A DNA stretch of 32,000 nucleotides from Nonlabens ponticola (GTDB lineage: Bacteria > Bacteroidota > Bacteroidia > Flavobacteriales > Flavobacteriaceae). How positions within the stretch are numbered: position 1 is the first letter of the stretch; each line of letters starts with the position of its first letter. The notes beneath the pieces were generated by a model. It was not told the origin of the DNA, made no database searches, and saw only the letters and a program-made list of their open reading frames with translations. A program made the translations under genes and the position numbers. The stretch is from assembly GCF_003966335.1 (NCBI RefSeq), contig NZ_CP034549.1, positions 450,001-482,000 of the forward strand, read 5' to 3'. Shown here in pieces: positions 18,412-26,794 of this stretch.

Positions 18412-18708
18412 ATGAACCACGTTCGTCTCAAATTATGGTTTAGCTATAGAGTGCTCTTTACGGCGGTATTGGTCTCGCTGCCCGTATTAGTCACTTCATC
18501 TTTCTACTTATTCTTTTTGATGATTGCCACAGCTGGATTTTTGATAGGAATCCTAGGTTATCATCAATTCTATAAAGCCGAGAATTATGTGTTTCACAAC
18601 CTAGCCATTTCCCGCTCTAGCCTGTATATTTTTTGTGGCGTTTTTATTTGGATTACTGTTTTGATTTGTTGCGCTTTAACCTTTGCCATAAATCTTATCA
18701 TGTCATGA
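18412..18708 (+). CDS. Small hydrophobic membrane protein (about 3 TM)
   Basis: 98 aa. Its stop overlaps the next ATG (ATGA at 18705-18708). Confidence 0.5.
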   Translation: MNHVRLKLWFSYRVLFTAVLVSLPVLVTSSFYLFFLMIATAGFLIGILGYHQFYKAENYVFHNLAISRSSLYIFCGVFIWITVLICCALTFAINLIMS

Positions 18709-19361
18709 CGCAAACACTCAGCATCCAGAATTTGTGTTTGGATTATGGTAACAATTCTATTCTCAATAATATCGAGTTGAAAATAGAAACCGGTAACATT
18801 TACGGATTATTAGGCCTTAACGGTGCTGGCAAGTCCAGTATGATGAAAGCGCTTTCTGGATTAAATAAAAAAGCTAGTTTTCGAGCACATCACAATGACA
18901 AGGCCATTGACCTCAACAATCATAAGCTGCAAACTGTAGGTTACTTGCCACAAGATCCATTCTTGATGAAGTCGCTTAGTGTGGTTGATACAGTGGCTTA
19001 CTGGTATCCAGATTATGAGATTCAGGATCAAATATTATACGATCCCATGATCCATCAATTTCATAAAACCAAAGTGGGTAAATTATCCATGGGCGAGCAA
19101 CGTTTTCTAGAACTATCGCTTATCATGCAACTACCGCATCCTTTCCTAATGCTGGACGAGCCTTTTTCTGGTCTCGCACCGCTGCAAATTGAACGCAGTC
19201 AAGAATTGATTAAGGTGGGCAGCAAGGATAAAGGAATCGTTATTTCTGATCATTACTACGATAACGTGATCCAGATTACTCATATCAATTGGATGCTGCG
19301 TGACGGTAATCTCAATCTCGTGGATAAAGAGAATGTTGAAACAGCTTATCGTATAAAGTAG
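18705..19361 (+). CDS. ABC transporter ATP-binding protein
   Basis: Taken from the internal ATG at 18705 (MTQTLSIQNL). Walker A GLNGAGKSS, Q-loop LPQD, signature variant LSMGEQR, Walker B FLMLDEP, H-loop SDH. Confidence 0.85.
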   Translation: MTQTLSIQNLCLDYGNNSILNNIELKIETGNIYGLLGLNGAGKSSMMKALSGLNKKASFRAHHNDKAIDLNNHKLQTVGYLPQDPFLMKSLSVVDTVAYWYPDYEIQDQILYDPMIHQFHKTKVGKLSMGEQRFLELSLIMQLPHPFLMLDEPFSGLAPLQIERSQELIKVGSKDKGIVISDHYYDNVIQITHINWMLRDGNLNLVDKENVETAYRIK

Positions 19362-19431
19362 ATCAGTTGTAACATCGTAGTACAATCCTAGTTCCCTTGG
19401 TTGCTTTCCTTCTTAAATTGAAGTTTGGCAA

Positions 19432-20307
19432 TTATCCTGCAGTAATATATTTTTTAGGCGTGGTGCCGTATTTCTTTTTAAACGCACTGATAAAATGGCT
19501 TCCAGTGCTGTAACCTACTTTTAAACCTACTTCGTTTACATTGTGCTGGCCGCTGTCCAGCAATTGGCGTGCATATTCCATCTTGTGATCCAACAGGAAA
19601 CCGTAGACCGTATCGCCATAGACTTCCTTAAAGCCTTCCTTTAATTTCTTGAGCGGTAGCGCAATTTCTTTAGCAAGATCTGCCAGTGATGGTGGATCGG
19701 TCATGCGCTGGATGATGATGTCTTTAGCCATCTTTATTTTGGCCATGTTTTTCTCGTCCACTAGGAATGGGCACGCCTCAATATCAGGATCGTCCTTAGT
19801 ATTAAAATAGAGCGACAGCAATTCATACGCCTTGCCTTTAAAGTACAATCGCTTGATGGCATCATTGAGGTTGTAATTCATTAATTGGTGCAAGGCTACT
19901 GCCATAGACGGCGATACCTTACCATCCACATAATATTTTTTATCTCGGTTGTCATCACTTAAAAAACTCACATGATCTGCGTCAGGAGAGAAAAGCGAGT
20001 GAAATTTTTTGATGGAAACCAGTAATACAACGACCCAGCTATTAGCTGCGATATCTAGATTTACTGGCAGGTCTCGCATGGGATTGTACAGCAAATAGGA
20101 GTTTTGTTCCATGAGCGGCAACTTATAATTGCCCTCGTTAAATGCTAGTTGCACGCTGCCTTTCAAACAAAAGTGGAACTGGATAAAAGTGCGATCTACT
20201 GCGTGTTCAAAATGCTCGTTGTCAGCCGTTTCGTTCTTGATGCGCACCACTTGAAATCCATCTTCCATCTGCGTCACCTCGGCGGCACTTGTAGCGATAT
20301 TTATCAT
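19432..20307 (-). CDS. AraC family transcriptional regulator
   Basis: 291 aa. C-terminal double HTH (LADLAKEIALPLKKLKEGFK...VNEVGLKVGYSTGSHFISAFKKKYGTTPKKY). Confidence 0.88.
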   Translation of the reverse strand: MINIATSAAEVTQMEDGFQVVRIKNETADNEHFEHAVDRTFIQFHFCLKGSVQLAFNEGNYKLPLMEQNSYLLYNPMRDLPVNLDIAANSWVVVLLVSIKKFHSLFSPDADHVSFLSDDNRDKKYYVDGKVSPSMAVALHQLMNYNLNDAIKRLYFKGKAYELLSLYFNTKDDPDIEACPFLVDEKNMAKIKMAKDIIIQRMTDPPSLADLAKEIALPLKKLKEGFKEVYGDTVYGFLLDHKMEYARQLLDSGQHNVNEVGLKVGYSTGSHFISAFKKKYGTTPKKYITAG

Positions 20308-20338
20308 AGCTCATTTTATTTGTAATGATTATAAATAG

Positions 20339-20360
20339 TTACGCTTTCGCGAAAGCGTAA
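20339..20360. repeat. Iterated palindrome copy 6 (perfect 22 bp TTACGCTTTCGCGAAAGCGTAA)
   Basis: Read directly. It lies in the divergent araC-like/hemA intergenic region. Confidence 0.95.
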
Positions 20361-20468
20361 TACCAACAAACACCTGTAAACACTAGAACTGCTTGTAAAG
20401 TGACCTAAAAGTAGCACATACCGACGAAAATGAAACCTACAGCGTTATTTTTAACGTTAAACCGAGAC

Positions 20469-20476
20469 TAATTTTG
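20469..20476 (+). promoter_or_regulatory. Candidate -7 box (TAATTTTG) for hemA
   Basis: Matches TAnnTTTG, 22 nt upstream of the ATG at 20499. It is followed by the inverted repeat TTGCA-N6-TGCAA. Confidence 0.35.
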
Positions 20477-20498
20477 CACAACATTGCAAAAGCAATAC

Positions 20499-21755
20499 AT
20501 GACCAGGTCAACGGGCACACCACACAATTTTTACAGCATAGGTATAAGCTACCGCAAGGCAGACGCAGAGACACGTGGCGCCTTTGCGTTGAGCGATACA
20601 GCCATTGTAAATCTGCTCAACGAGGCCAAGGATAACGGCATCAACTCTCTTGCCGTGATCTCTACGTGTAATCGTACAGAGTTATATGGATTTGCCCGCA
20701 GCTCGCAGGATCTAATTAAATTACTTTGCGTGCACTCGCACGGCAGTATTGAGGAGTTTGACAAGATTGCCTATGTGTACGAGAATGAACAGGCGCACCA
20801 GCATCTTTTTAAAGTAGGTACAGGACTGGATAGCCAGATCTTGGGAGATTTTGAGATTATAGGCCAGCTTAAAATAGCCTTTAAAAAGTCTAAAAAGCTA
20901 GGCATGATCAATGCCTACATGGAGCGGTTGTTAAACGCCGTGATCCAGGCCAGCAAGCGCATCAAGACCGAAACGCAATTGAGTAGTGGCGCTACCTCAG
21001 TATCCTTTGCGAGTGTTCAATATATTTTGAACCAGGTTGAGAACGGTGATGATAAACGCATACTACTTTTTGGCACTGGTAAAATAGGTCGTAATACCTG
21101 TGAGAACCTCATCAAGCACACGCATAATAAAAAGATCACGCTCATCAATAGAACAAAAGATCGAGCAGAAAAAATTGCTGGTAAGTTTGATCTTGAAGTA
21201 AAAGATTATGCCCAACTAGAAGAAGAAATTGCTCAAGCCGATATCATGATCGTCGCCACTGGCGCTCACAATCCTACAGTTTCTAAAAACTTGATCGTTA
21301 CCTCAAGGCCTATTCTGATTCTTGACCTATCCATACCTCGCAATGTTGATCCAGATGTGCGCGACCTGGATAATGTCACACTAGTCCACCTAGATGAGCT
21401 GTCCAAAATCACTGATGCCACGCTACAAAACAGGGAACACTTTATACCACAAGCACAAGGCATCATCGAGGAAATCATGACAGACTTTGACACCTGGCGC
21501 GAGTCTAGAAAATTTGCGCCTACCATGCAGGCGCTTAAATCCAGACTATCAGAACTTAAGGAAGCGGAAATCAAAAGCAACCGCACTAAGATCGATAACT
21601 TCAATCAAGAGCAGGCAGATGTGCTGGCAGATCGTATTATCCAGAAAATCGCAGGGCACTTTGCCAACCATTTGCGCAATGAGGACGAGAATACGCAGGA
21701 AGCCATCGAGCTGCTCAATAAGGTCTTCAAGTTAGAAAATGCCGTGCATGAGTAA
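20499..21755 (+). CDS. hemA: Glutamyl-tRNA reductase
   Basis: Active-site ISTCNRTELY and NADPH-site GTGKIGR. Start taken at the ATG at 20499; the track ORF begins at a TTG at 20484. Confidence 0.92.
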   Translation: MTRSTGTPHNFYSIGISYRKADAETRGAFALSDTAIVNLLNEAKDNGINSLAVISTCNRTELYGFARSSQDLIKLLCVHSHGSIEEFDKIAYVYENEQAHQHLFKVGTGLDSQILGDFEIIGQLKIAFKKSKKLGMINAYMERLLNAVIQASKRIKTETQLSSGATSVSFASVQYILNQVENGDDKRILLFGTGKIGRNTCENLIKHTHNKKITLINRTKDRAEKIAGKFDLEVKDYAQLEEEIAQADIMIVATGAHNPTVSKNLIVTSRPILILDLSIPRNVDPDVRDLDNVTLVHLDELSKITDATLQNREHFIPQAQGIIEEIMTDFDTWRESRKFAPTMQALKSRLSELKEAEIKSNRTKIDNFNQEQADVLADRIIQKIAGHFANHLRNEDENTQEAIELLNKVFKLENAVHE

Positions 21756-22695
21756 GCAAATACGAATAGGTACTCGCGACAGCGAGCTGGCCATGTGGCA
21801 AGCGCGCACCGTACAGTCACTACTTGAGGCAAACGGCCATCAAACACTACTCGTTCCCGTAAAATCGCAAGGCGACCTCAATCTAGATGAGCCACTATAT
21901 GAGATGGGCATTACAGGGATTTTTACCAAAACACTTGACGTTGCCCTGGTCAAAGGCGAGATTGATATTGCAGTGCACAGTCTTAAGGATGTGCCTACTC
22001 AATTACCTAAAGGCATGATACAGGCAGCAGTCTTGCCACGTGCAGACCATCGCGACATTCTCGTTTTCAAAAAGAACTTTAATCCAGACGACCAGATGAC
22101 GATCGCTACTGGTAGTTTGCGTCGCAAGTCGCAATGGCTGGATATGTATCCGCAGCACAAGGTGGTTGACCTGCGCGGTAATGTAAACACCAGACTGGCA
22201 AAACTGCAAAATAATGAGGATTGGAACGCAGCGATTTTTGCCAAGGCTGGATTGGAACGAATCAATATCCTGCAGAATTTACGCGGTAATTATGGCCTGG
22301 AATATTCCAATCTGGACAGCTTTATTCCTGCACCTGCACAAGGTGCAATGATGATTGCCTGTATGCAGAAAAATGAAGCAATTGTCAAAGCTACCGCTGC
22401 ATTGAACGATCTGGAAACCCAAAAATGTGTTGATGTAGAGCGCCTGTTCCTGCGTCGTCTAGAAGGTGGTTGTACCGCACCCATAGGTGCTTTTGCAAGT
22501 ATTCACAATGATAGCATGCATTTTCAAGGCTGTTTGTTATCACTGGATGGCTCGCAGCGCATTAGTGCAAATGGTACTATCGACAGTCTGGACTGGAAAG
22601 ATTTAGAAAATTTTGCTTTCGCGAAAGCGGAACACATATTAAACAATGGTGGCACAGAATTAATGACTTCCATTAAACAGTCCTTACAACAGTAG
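21748..22695 (+). CDS. hemC: Hydroxymethylbilane synthase (porphobilinogen deaminase)
   Basis: IRIGTRDSELAMWQA, GNVNTRLAKL and cofactor-Cys LEGGCTAPIGA. The ATG at 21748 overlaps the hemA stop by 8 nt; an alternative ATG lies at 21739. Contains palindrome copy 7. Confidence 0.92.
   Translation: MSKQIRIGTRDSELAMWQARTVQSLLEANGHQTLLVPVKSQGDLNLDEPLYEMGITGIFTKTLDVALVKGEIDIAVHSLKDVPTQLPKGMIQAAVLPRADHRDILVFKKNFNPDDQMTIATGSLRRKSQWLDMYPQHKVVDLRGNVNTRLAKLQNNEDWNAAIFAKAGLERINILQNLRGNYGLEYSNLDSFIPAPAQGAMMIACMQKNEAIVKATAALNDLETQKCVDVERLFLRRLEGGCTAPIGAFASIHNDSMHFQGCLLSLDGSQRISANGTIDSLDWKDLENFAFAKAEHILNNGGTELMTSIKQSLQQ
22611..22632. repeat. Iterated palindrome copy 7 (core GCTTTCGCGAAAGC, 22615-22628) inside hemC
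   Basis: Read directly. It is translated FAFAKAEH. Confidence 0.93.
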
Positions 22696-22778
22696 GATTT
22701 TGTATTTTTTTAGCCATTCAAAGTGTTTTGTGTAAGTTTATGAATGTATTCACCTACAAAGAGATTAATTTTTAAGAT

Positions 22779-23945
22779 TTGAACAAGACCGCCGAGATCC
22801 TGAGAAACAGTGTTCCTGAAATCATGAACACATGGAAAAGAGAGGTGATTAATGAAGTTCCCGCAGCCCAAGAGGCTGGGACGATGGCACTTTTTGACCA
22901 CTTGCCCAATATCATCACCGATATAGCAGACTTGCTGGATCGACACAGCAATCTATCTGATATCAAAGAAGATGAAAACTACAAGGAGATTATAGTAAAT
23001 AGTAAACATCATGGACGCCATCGTGCCAGTAGTGAGAGTTATACGGTAGAACAAGTCGTACAGGAATATATCATTTTTCATCGCACCTTAAGCGAGTTTA
23101 TCAATGAGCGCGATGCCTATGACCAGCAAATTTCAGACTTGGTTAAGTATGTGATTGAAACCTCGATTCTTGAGTCTGTAGGTACTTTCTCAAAGTCGAT
23201 TCAAGAAATGCAGGAAAAACTGATTGGGACACTGGCTCATGACATACGCAATCCGCTTGCTGCTGCGCGACTATCCCTACAAATGATACAGGAAGATAAG
23301 GATGGCAGCTGGACAGAACGTGCTTTAAACGCTGCTACACGCAGTGTTAATCATGCGCTTGACCTTATAGAAGGCTTGATGAATGGTATCACGGTAAAAG
23401 CTGGAGAAGGTCTATTGTTGTCATTTGAAGAAACAGATCTCAAACATAATATCGACCTCGTATTTAATGAGAGTAAGGATTTGTATACTCACGATCTCGT
23501 ACTTAAATGTGAGGCTAAAGCTATACACGGTGTTTTTGATAGTACCGCGGTACGCCGCATGATCGATAATCTTATAGGAAATGCGATCAAATATGGTGAT
23601 AGCAATCAAGAAGTAACGCTTACCATTCAAGATGATGATGACAGCGTACAAATCTCTGTTCATAATCACGGTAATCCAATACCTGAGGACCAACAGGAAA
23701 AGATTTTTGATTTCATGAACACGTCCATAGAAGATCAGGACACTCCAGCTAAAAGTTGGGGCATGGGCCTAACGCTTGTACAAATCGTGGCAGATGCTCA
23801 CGGTGGTGACATCAAATTGACGAGCTCAGTAGATCATGGAACCACTTTTGAAGTTACTTTACTTAAACATGTCAACAAACCTGGCAAACGACGCGCAAAA
23901 CTGATATACGACGCGCATGAAATAGTAGATGAGCACATCCAGTAG
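22779..23945 (+). CDS. Sensor histidine kinase (cytoplasmic, no adjacent response regulator)
   Basis: 388 aa. H-box HDIRNPLAAA, N-box GNAIKYG, G-boxes HNHGNPIP and WGMGLTLV. It apparently starts at a TTG; the next ATG is at 22824. Confidence 0.88.
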   Translation: MNKTAEILRNSVPEIMNTWKREVINEVPAAQEAGTMALFDHLPNIITDIADLLDRHSNLSDIKEDENYKEIIVNSKHHGRHRASSESYTVEQVVQEYIIFHRTLSEFINERDAYDQQISDLVKYVIETSILESVGTFSKSIQEMQEKLIGTLAHDIRNPLAAARLSLQMIQEDKDGSWTERALNAATRSVNHALDLIEGLMNGITVKAGEGLLLSFEETDLKHNIDLVFNESKDLYTHDLVLKCEAKAIHGVFDSTAVRRMIDNLIGNAIKYGDSNQEVTLTIQDDDDSVQISVHNHGNPIPEDQQEKIFDFMNTSIEDQDTPAKSWGMGLTLVQIVADAHGGDIKLTSSVDHGTTFEVTLLKHVNKPGKRRAKLIYDAHEIVDEHIQ

Positions 23946-23962
23946 CAGGTGGTTTATTAGAA

Positions 23963-24004
23963 TTACGCTTCCCTGCCTGTCCGGCAGGCAGGCGCGAAAG
24001 CGTG
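23963..24004. repeat. Iterated palindrome copy 8, split by a nested GC-rich hairpin
   Basis: TTACGCTT (23963-23970), then CCCTGCCTGTCCGGCAGGCAGG (23971-23992), then CGCGAAAGCGTG (23993-24004). Inner stem CCTGCCTG/CAGGCAGG with loop TCCGG. Confidence 0.9.
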
Positions 24005-24192
24005 CTTCTCAAAAGACATTTAATTAGTACACTAAGTTTTCTTTTCCTATTGATCATGATGACAATTTGGATTAAAGGAAATTAAAAGTGCTCCCGCAAA
24101 CTCACCTAACGATACAATTTGGCGGGTGACCCAGCGAGTTGCCAACGGCGATTTGGAATTTGTGACCGTTTTGAACTTCTTATCTTAGCTTT

Positions 24193-24756
24193 ATGAATTG
24201 GTTAGATATAGTATTGCTTATCCTATTGCTTATAGGATTCTGGCGTGGATTTTTAAACGGCTTTTTTGTTGAACTTACTTCATTAATTGCGCTAGTCGCA
24301 GCAATCTATGGCTCCATTTATTTTTCAAATTATGCTGGCGACTGGTTGATGTCCAATACTGACTGGTCAGAAAGCACCATTACCATTGCTAGCTTTATCA
24401 TTACGTTTGTAGTGATTATTCTAGTGATTACCTATGTAGGCAAACTAATTACCAAATTGGTAAAAACCGCACAGCTCAATTTTCTCAATAAAATAGCTGG
24501 TGGTGCCTTTGGACTGGTAAAACTAGCATTCATTGCTAGCGTGATCTTGATGTTTGTAAACACGGCAGCTGGCGAGTTTGACATCATTGATCCAGAAACG
24601 AAAGAGAGCAGCATGGTCTATGAATATGTAGAGCCAGTAGCGCCATACCTACTACCAAGAATCCTTGCCGAGGCTGATAAGGTAGATCGACAGCTGCGTG
24701 GTATTCCTGAAGACGAACAGGAAACTATGGAACTAGAACGCGATACAATTAATTGA
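24193..24756 (+). CDS. cvpA: CvpA family membrane protein
   Basis: 187 aa. N-terminus MNWLDIVLLILLLIGFWRGFLNGF and four TM segments are typical of CvpA. Confidence 0.8.
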   Translation: MNWLDIVLLILLLIGFWRGFLNGFFVELTSLIALVAAIYGSIYFSNYAGDWLMSNTDWSESTITIASFIITFVVIILVITYVGKLITKLVKTAQLNFLNKIAGGAFGLVKLAFIASVILMFVNTAAGEFDIIDPETKESSMVYEYVEPVAPYLLPRILAEADKVDRQLRGIPEDEQETMELERDTIN

Positions 24757-24771
24757 TTTGCGATATAACAT

Positions 24772-24807
24772 ATCAAAAGCGGCGGAATTAGTTCCGCCGC
24801 TTTTGAT
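24772..24807. terminator. Bidirectional rho-independent terminator between cvpA and sulP
   Basis: Perfect 16-bp stem ATCAAAAGCGGCGGAA / TTCCGCCGCTTTTGAT with loop TTAG. The A- and T-runs allow function in both directions. Confidence 0.8.
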
Positions 24808-24827
24808 GTCAATTTAGTTGTGTTCTT

Positions 24828-26684
24828 TTAAACCTCTTCTGGCGCCACAGTATCTTCCACATTTTGCTCTACCCAACTCACGCACTGCGTGTAGCTTTCA
24901 AACAAATGCTCTTCCTTGATCAAGTCTGGTATGATATCAATTGCTTCTAGTCTATAGCGAGGCTGTTCCTTTAGACCTGATATAAGTGGTGTCACACCTT
25001 GCTGCACCAAATATTGCGCAACGTCTTCAAAAGCAAACAGTCCTGACTGATCCATAAAAGGTACCTTCTCCATCCTGATGATGACGTGCGTGGCTTTCGA
25101 CGGAATGTTCTGTGACATGGCCTGGAAATCCTTTGTAGAACCAAAGAACAAAGGACCATCGATCTCTTTGATAAATACTTCTTCGCGCAAGTCCAGCGGA
25201 ATCAATGAGTAATCCTCATCGCCGTAATCATCCTTGCGTGATAGTGTCTTTACTTGGCTCTTGGCAGCATTTGCATCGCCCATTTTTTTCATGAAAATCA
25301 AGCTGGCTATCACAAGACCTATTCCTACCGCATAAACCAGATCCCAAGTCACGGTCAAAGTGAGTACCACAAACATGATGACTACATCACTTTTTGGAAT
25401 GGATCTCAAGGCTTTTAATCCTTTATAATCCATCACACCAATACCTACCGTAATTAATATACCTGCGAGAACAGCGCTAGGAATCTCGCTGGCAAAACCA
25501 CCCAAAGCAACTACAATGATCAGCAGCAACACTGCTGCGATCATTCCTGATAGTTTTGTTTTACCACCAGAATCGATGTTGACAACAGTTCTAATCGTCG
25601 CTCCAGCACCTGGAATTCCGCCAAAAATGGAAGCGATACTGTTACCAATTCCTTGACCTACCAGTTCTTGATTTGGATTGTGTCGTGTTTTGGTCATGTT
25701 ATCTGCTACCACACTGGTAAGTAACGAGTCAATCGCACCTAGAAGTGCTAATGTAAGAGCCGTAAATATGTACGGCGACACGGCTCCAAAACTAAAGCCT
25801 GTGATGATCTCTAGATTAGGAATAGGCAATCCTGTTGGGATCTCACCCAATTTTCTAGCATCAATGTCTAGCAAAAATACGCCTAATGTGACACCTAGCA
25901 ACGCAACCAGTGTTGACGGAATGCTCGTCGTGATTTTCTTAAATCCAAAGATCACGACGATGGTTATCAACGCAATAATCAACTCGGTAAAATCAATATT
26001 TTGAAAGGCTCGTGGCATGGTCTTGATAGATCCCACCACACCGCTACTGGCGCTTTTGGCTAGAGCAGTAGCTTCCTTATTGATTTGTTCTTGGGTGATG
26101 TTCTGCGCCTTGACGATGCTCTGTTCAAAATCTTGAAGTACCAACACGTCATCGGCAACTTCTTCTTCGAGAATTCCGTTGAGAATGAGCTCTTGTGCTG
26201 CTGGCTCAAAGGTTTTTACAAACTCCTCATCTTGAGATGGTATGTATCCTATGGCTGGTAATATTTGAGTAATCAAAATAATGACCCCAATTCCCGTCAT
26301 AAATCCTGAAACTACTGGATAAGGTATGTATTTGATATACTTACCCAATTTCATAGCTCCCAAAGCTATTTGCATAATTCCAGCCATGAGAAATACGGCA
26401 AGAATTGCTGGTAAGGCGTTTTCAAGCGAGCCTTCATTGGTTTGAATGATTCCTGCGATGATGACCATACTTACAGCAGTCATGGGCGCGGTAGGTCCAG
26501 AGATCTGAGTATTCGTTCCGCCAAAAAGCGAAGCAAAAAAACCAATAAAGATAGCACCGTACAATCCAGCAACAGCACCCATTCCTGATTGTACACCAAA
26601 GGCTAGTGCCAGCGGCAAAGCCACAATACCTGCGGTAAGACCGCCAAATAAATCTCCTTTAATGTGCTTGAATGTAAAAGTCAT
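24828..26684 (-). CDS. SulP family inorganic anion transporter with C-terminal STAS domain
   Basis: 618 aa. N-terminal SulP motifs (GDLFGGLTAGIVALPLALAFG, GGTNTQISGPTAPMTAV), many TM segments, STAS-like C-terminus. Confidence 0.88.
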   Translation of the reverse strand: MTFTFKHIKGDLFGGLTAGIVALPLALAFGVQSGMGAVAGLYGAIFIGFFASLFGGTNTQISGPTAPMTAVSMVIIAGIIQTNEGSLENALPAILAVFLMAGIMQIALGAMKLGKYIKYIPYPVVSGFMTGIGVIILITQILPAIGYIPSQDEEFVKTFEPAAQELILNGILEEEVADDVLVLQDFEQSIVKAQNITQEQINKEATALAKSASSGVVGSIKTMPRAFQNIDFTELIIALITIVVIFGFKKITTSIPSTLVALLGVTLGVFLLDIDARKLGEIPTGLPIPNLEIITGFSFGAVSPYIFTALTLALLGAIDSLLTSVVADNMTKTRHNPNQELVGQGIGNSIASIFGGIPGAGATIRTVVNIDSGGKTKLSGMIAAVLLLIIVVALGGFASEIPSAVLAGILITVGIGVMDYKGLKALRSIPKSDVVIMFVVLTLTVTWDLVYAVGIGLVIASLIFMKKMGDANAAKSQVKTLSRKDDYGDEDYSLIPLDLREEVFIKEIDGPLFFGSTKDFQAMSQNIPSKATHVIIRMEKVPFMDQSGLFAFEDVAQYLVQQGVTPLISGLKEQPRYRLEAIDIIPDLIKEEHLFESYTQCVSWVEQNVEDTVAPEEV

Positions 26685-26794
26685 AATTGTAAAGTTGGTA
26701 TAGCAGAGTTTGAGCTGTTATCAATTACAACTTTACCATTTTACATCAGTAAATAGTTACAAAGACTTTATAAAGTTTGATTTGGATCGCTAAA

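Noticed and set aside
1376-21747. N-terminal extensions in the ORF track (1376, 6963 TTG, 18633, 20484 TTG, 21739)
   Set aside because: Internal ATGs (1439, 6996, 18705, 20499, 21748) give N-termini that match the usual family starts and fit gene spacing and coupling. The extensions encode Cys/Leu-rich junk or overlap the upstream gene.
24061-24192. Possible ncRNA or riboswitch upstream of cvpA (three ATTTGG motifs; imperfect hairpin CCCGCAAA...TTTGGCGGG)
   Set aside because: The stem is bulged and short. The motif repeats are only 6 nt long. No known riboswitch consensus was recognised, and I cannot assess covariation without homologues.
26688-26748. Inverted repeat TGTAAAGTTG ... CAACTTTAC between the two SulP genes
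   Set aside because: It is imperfect, has a ~40-nt loop and is AT-rich. That is compatible with chance in an AT-rich spacer, and there is no T-run.
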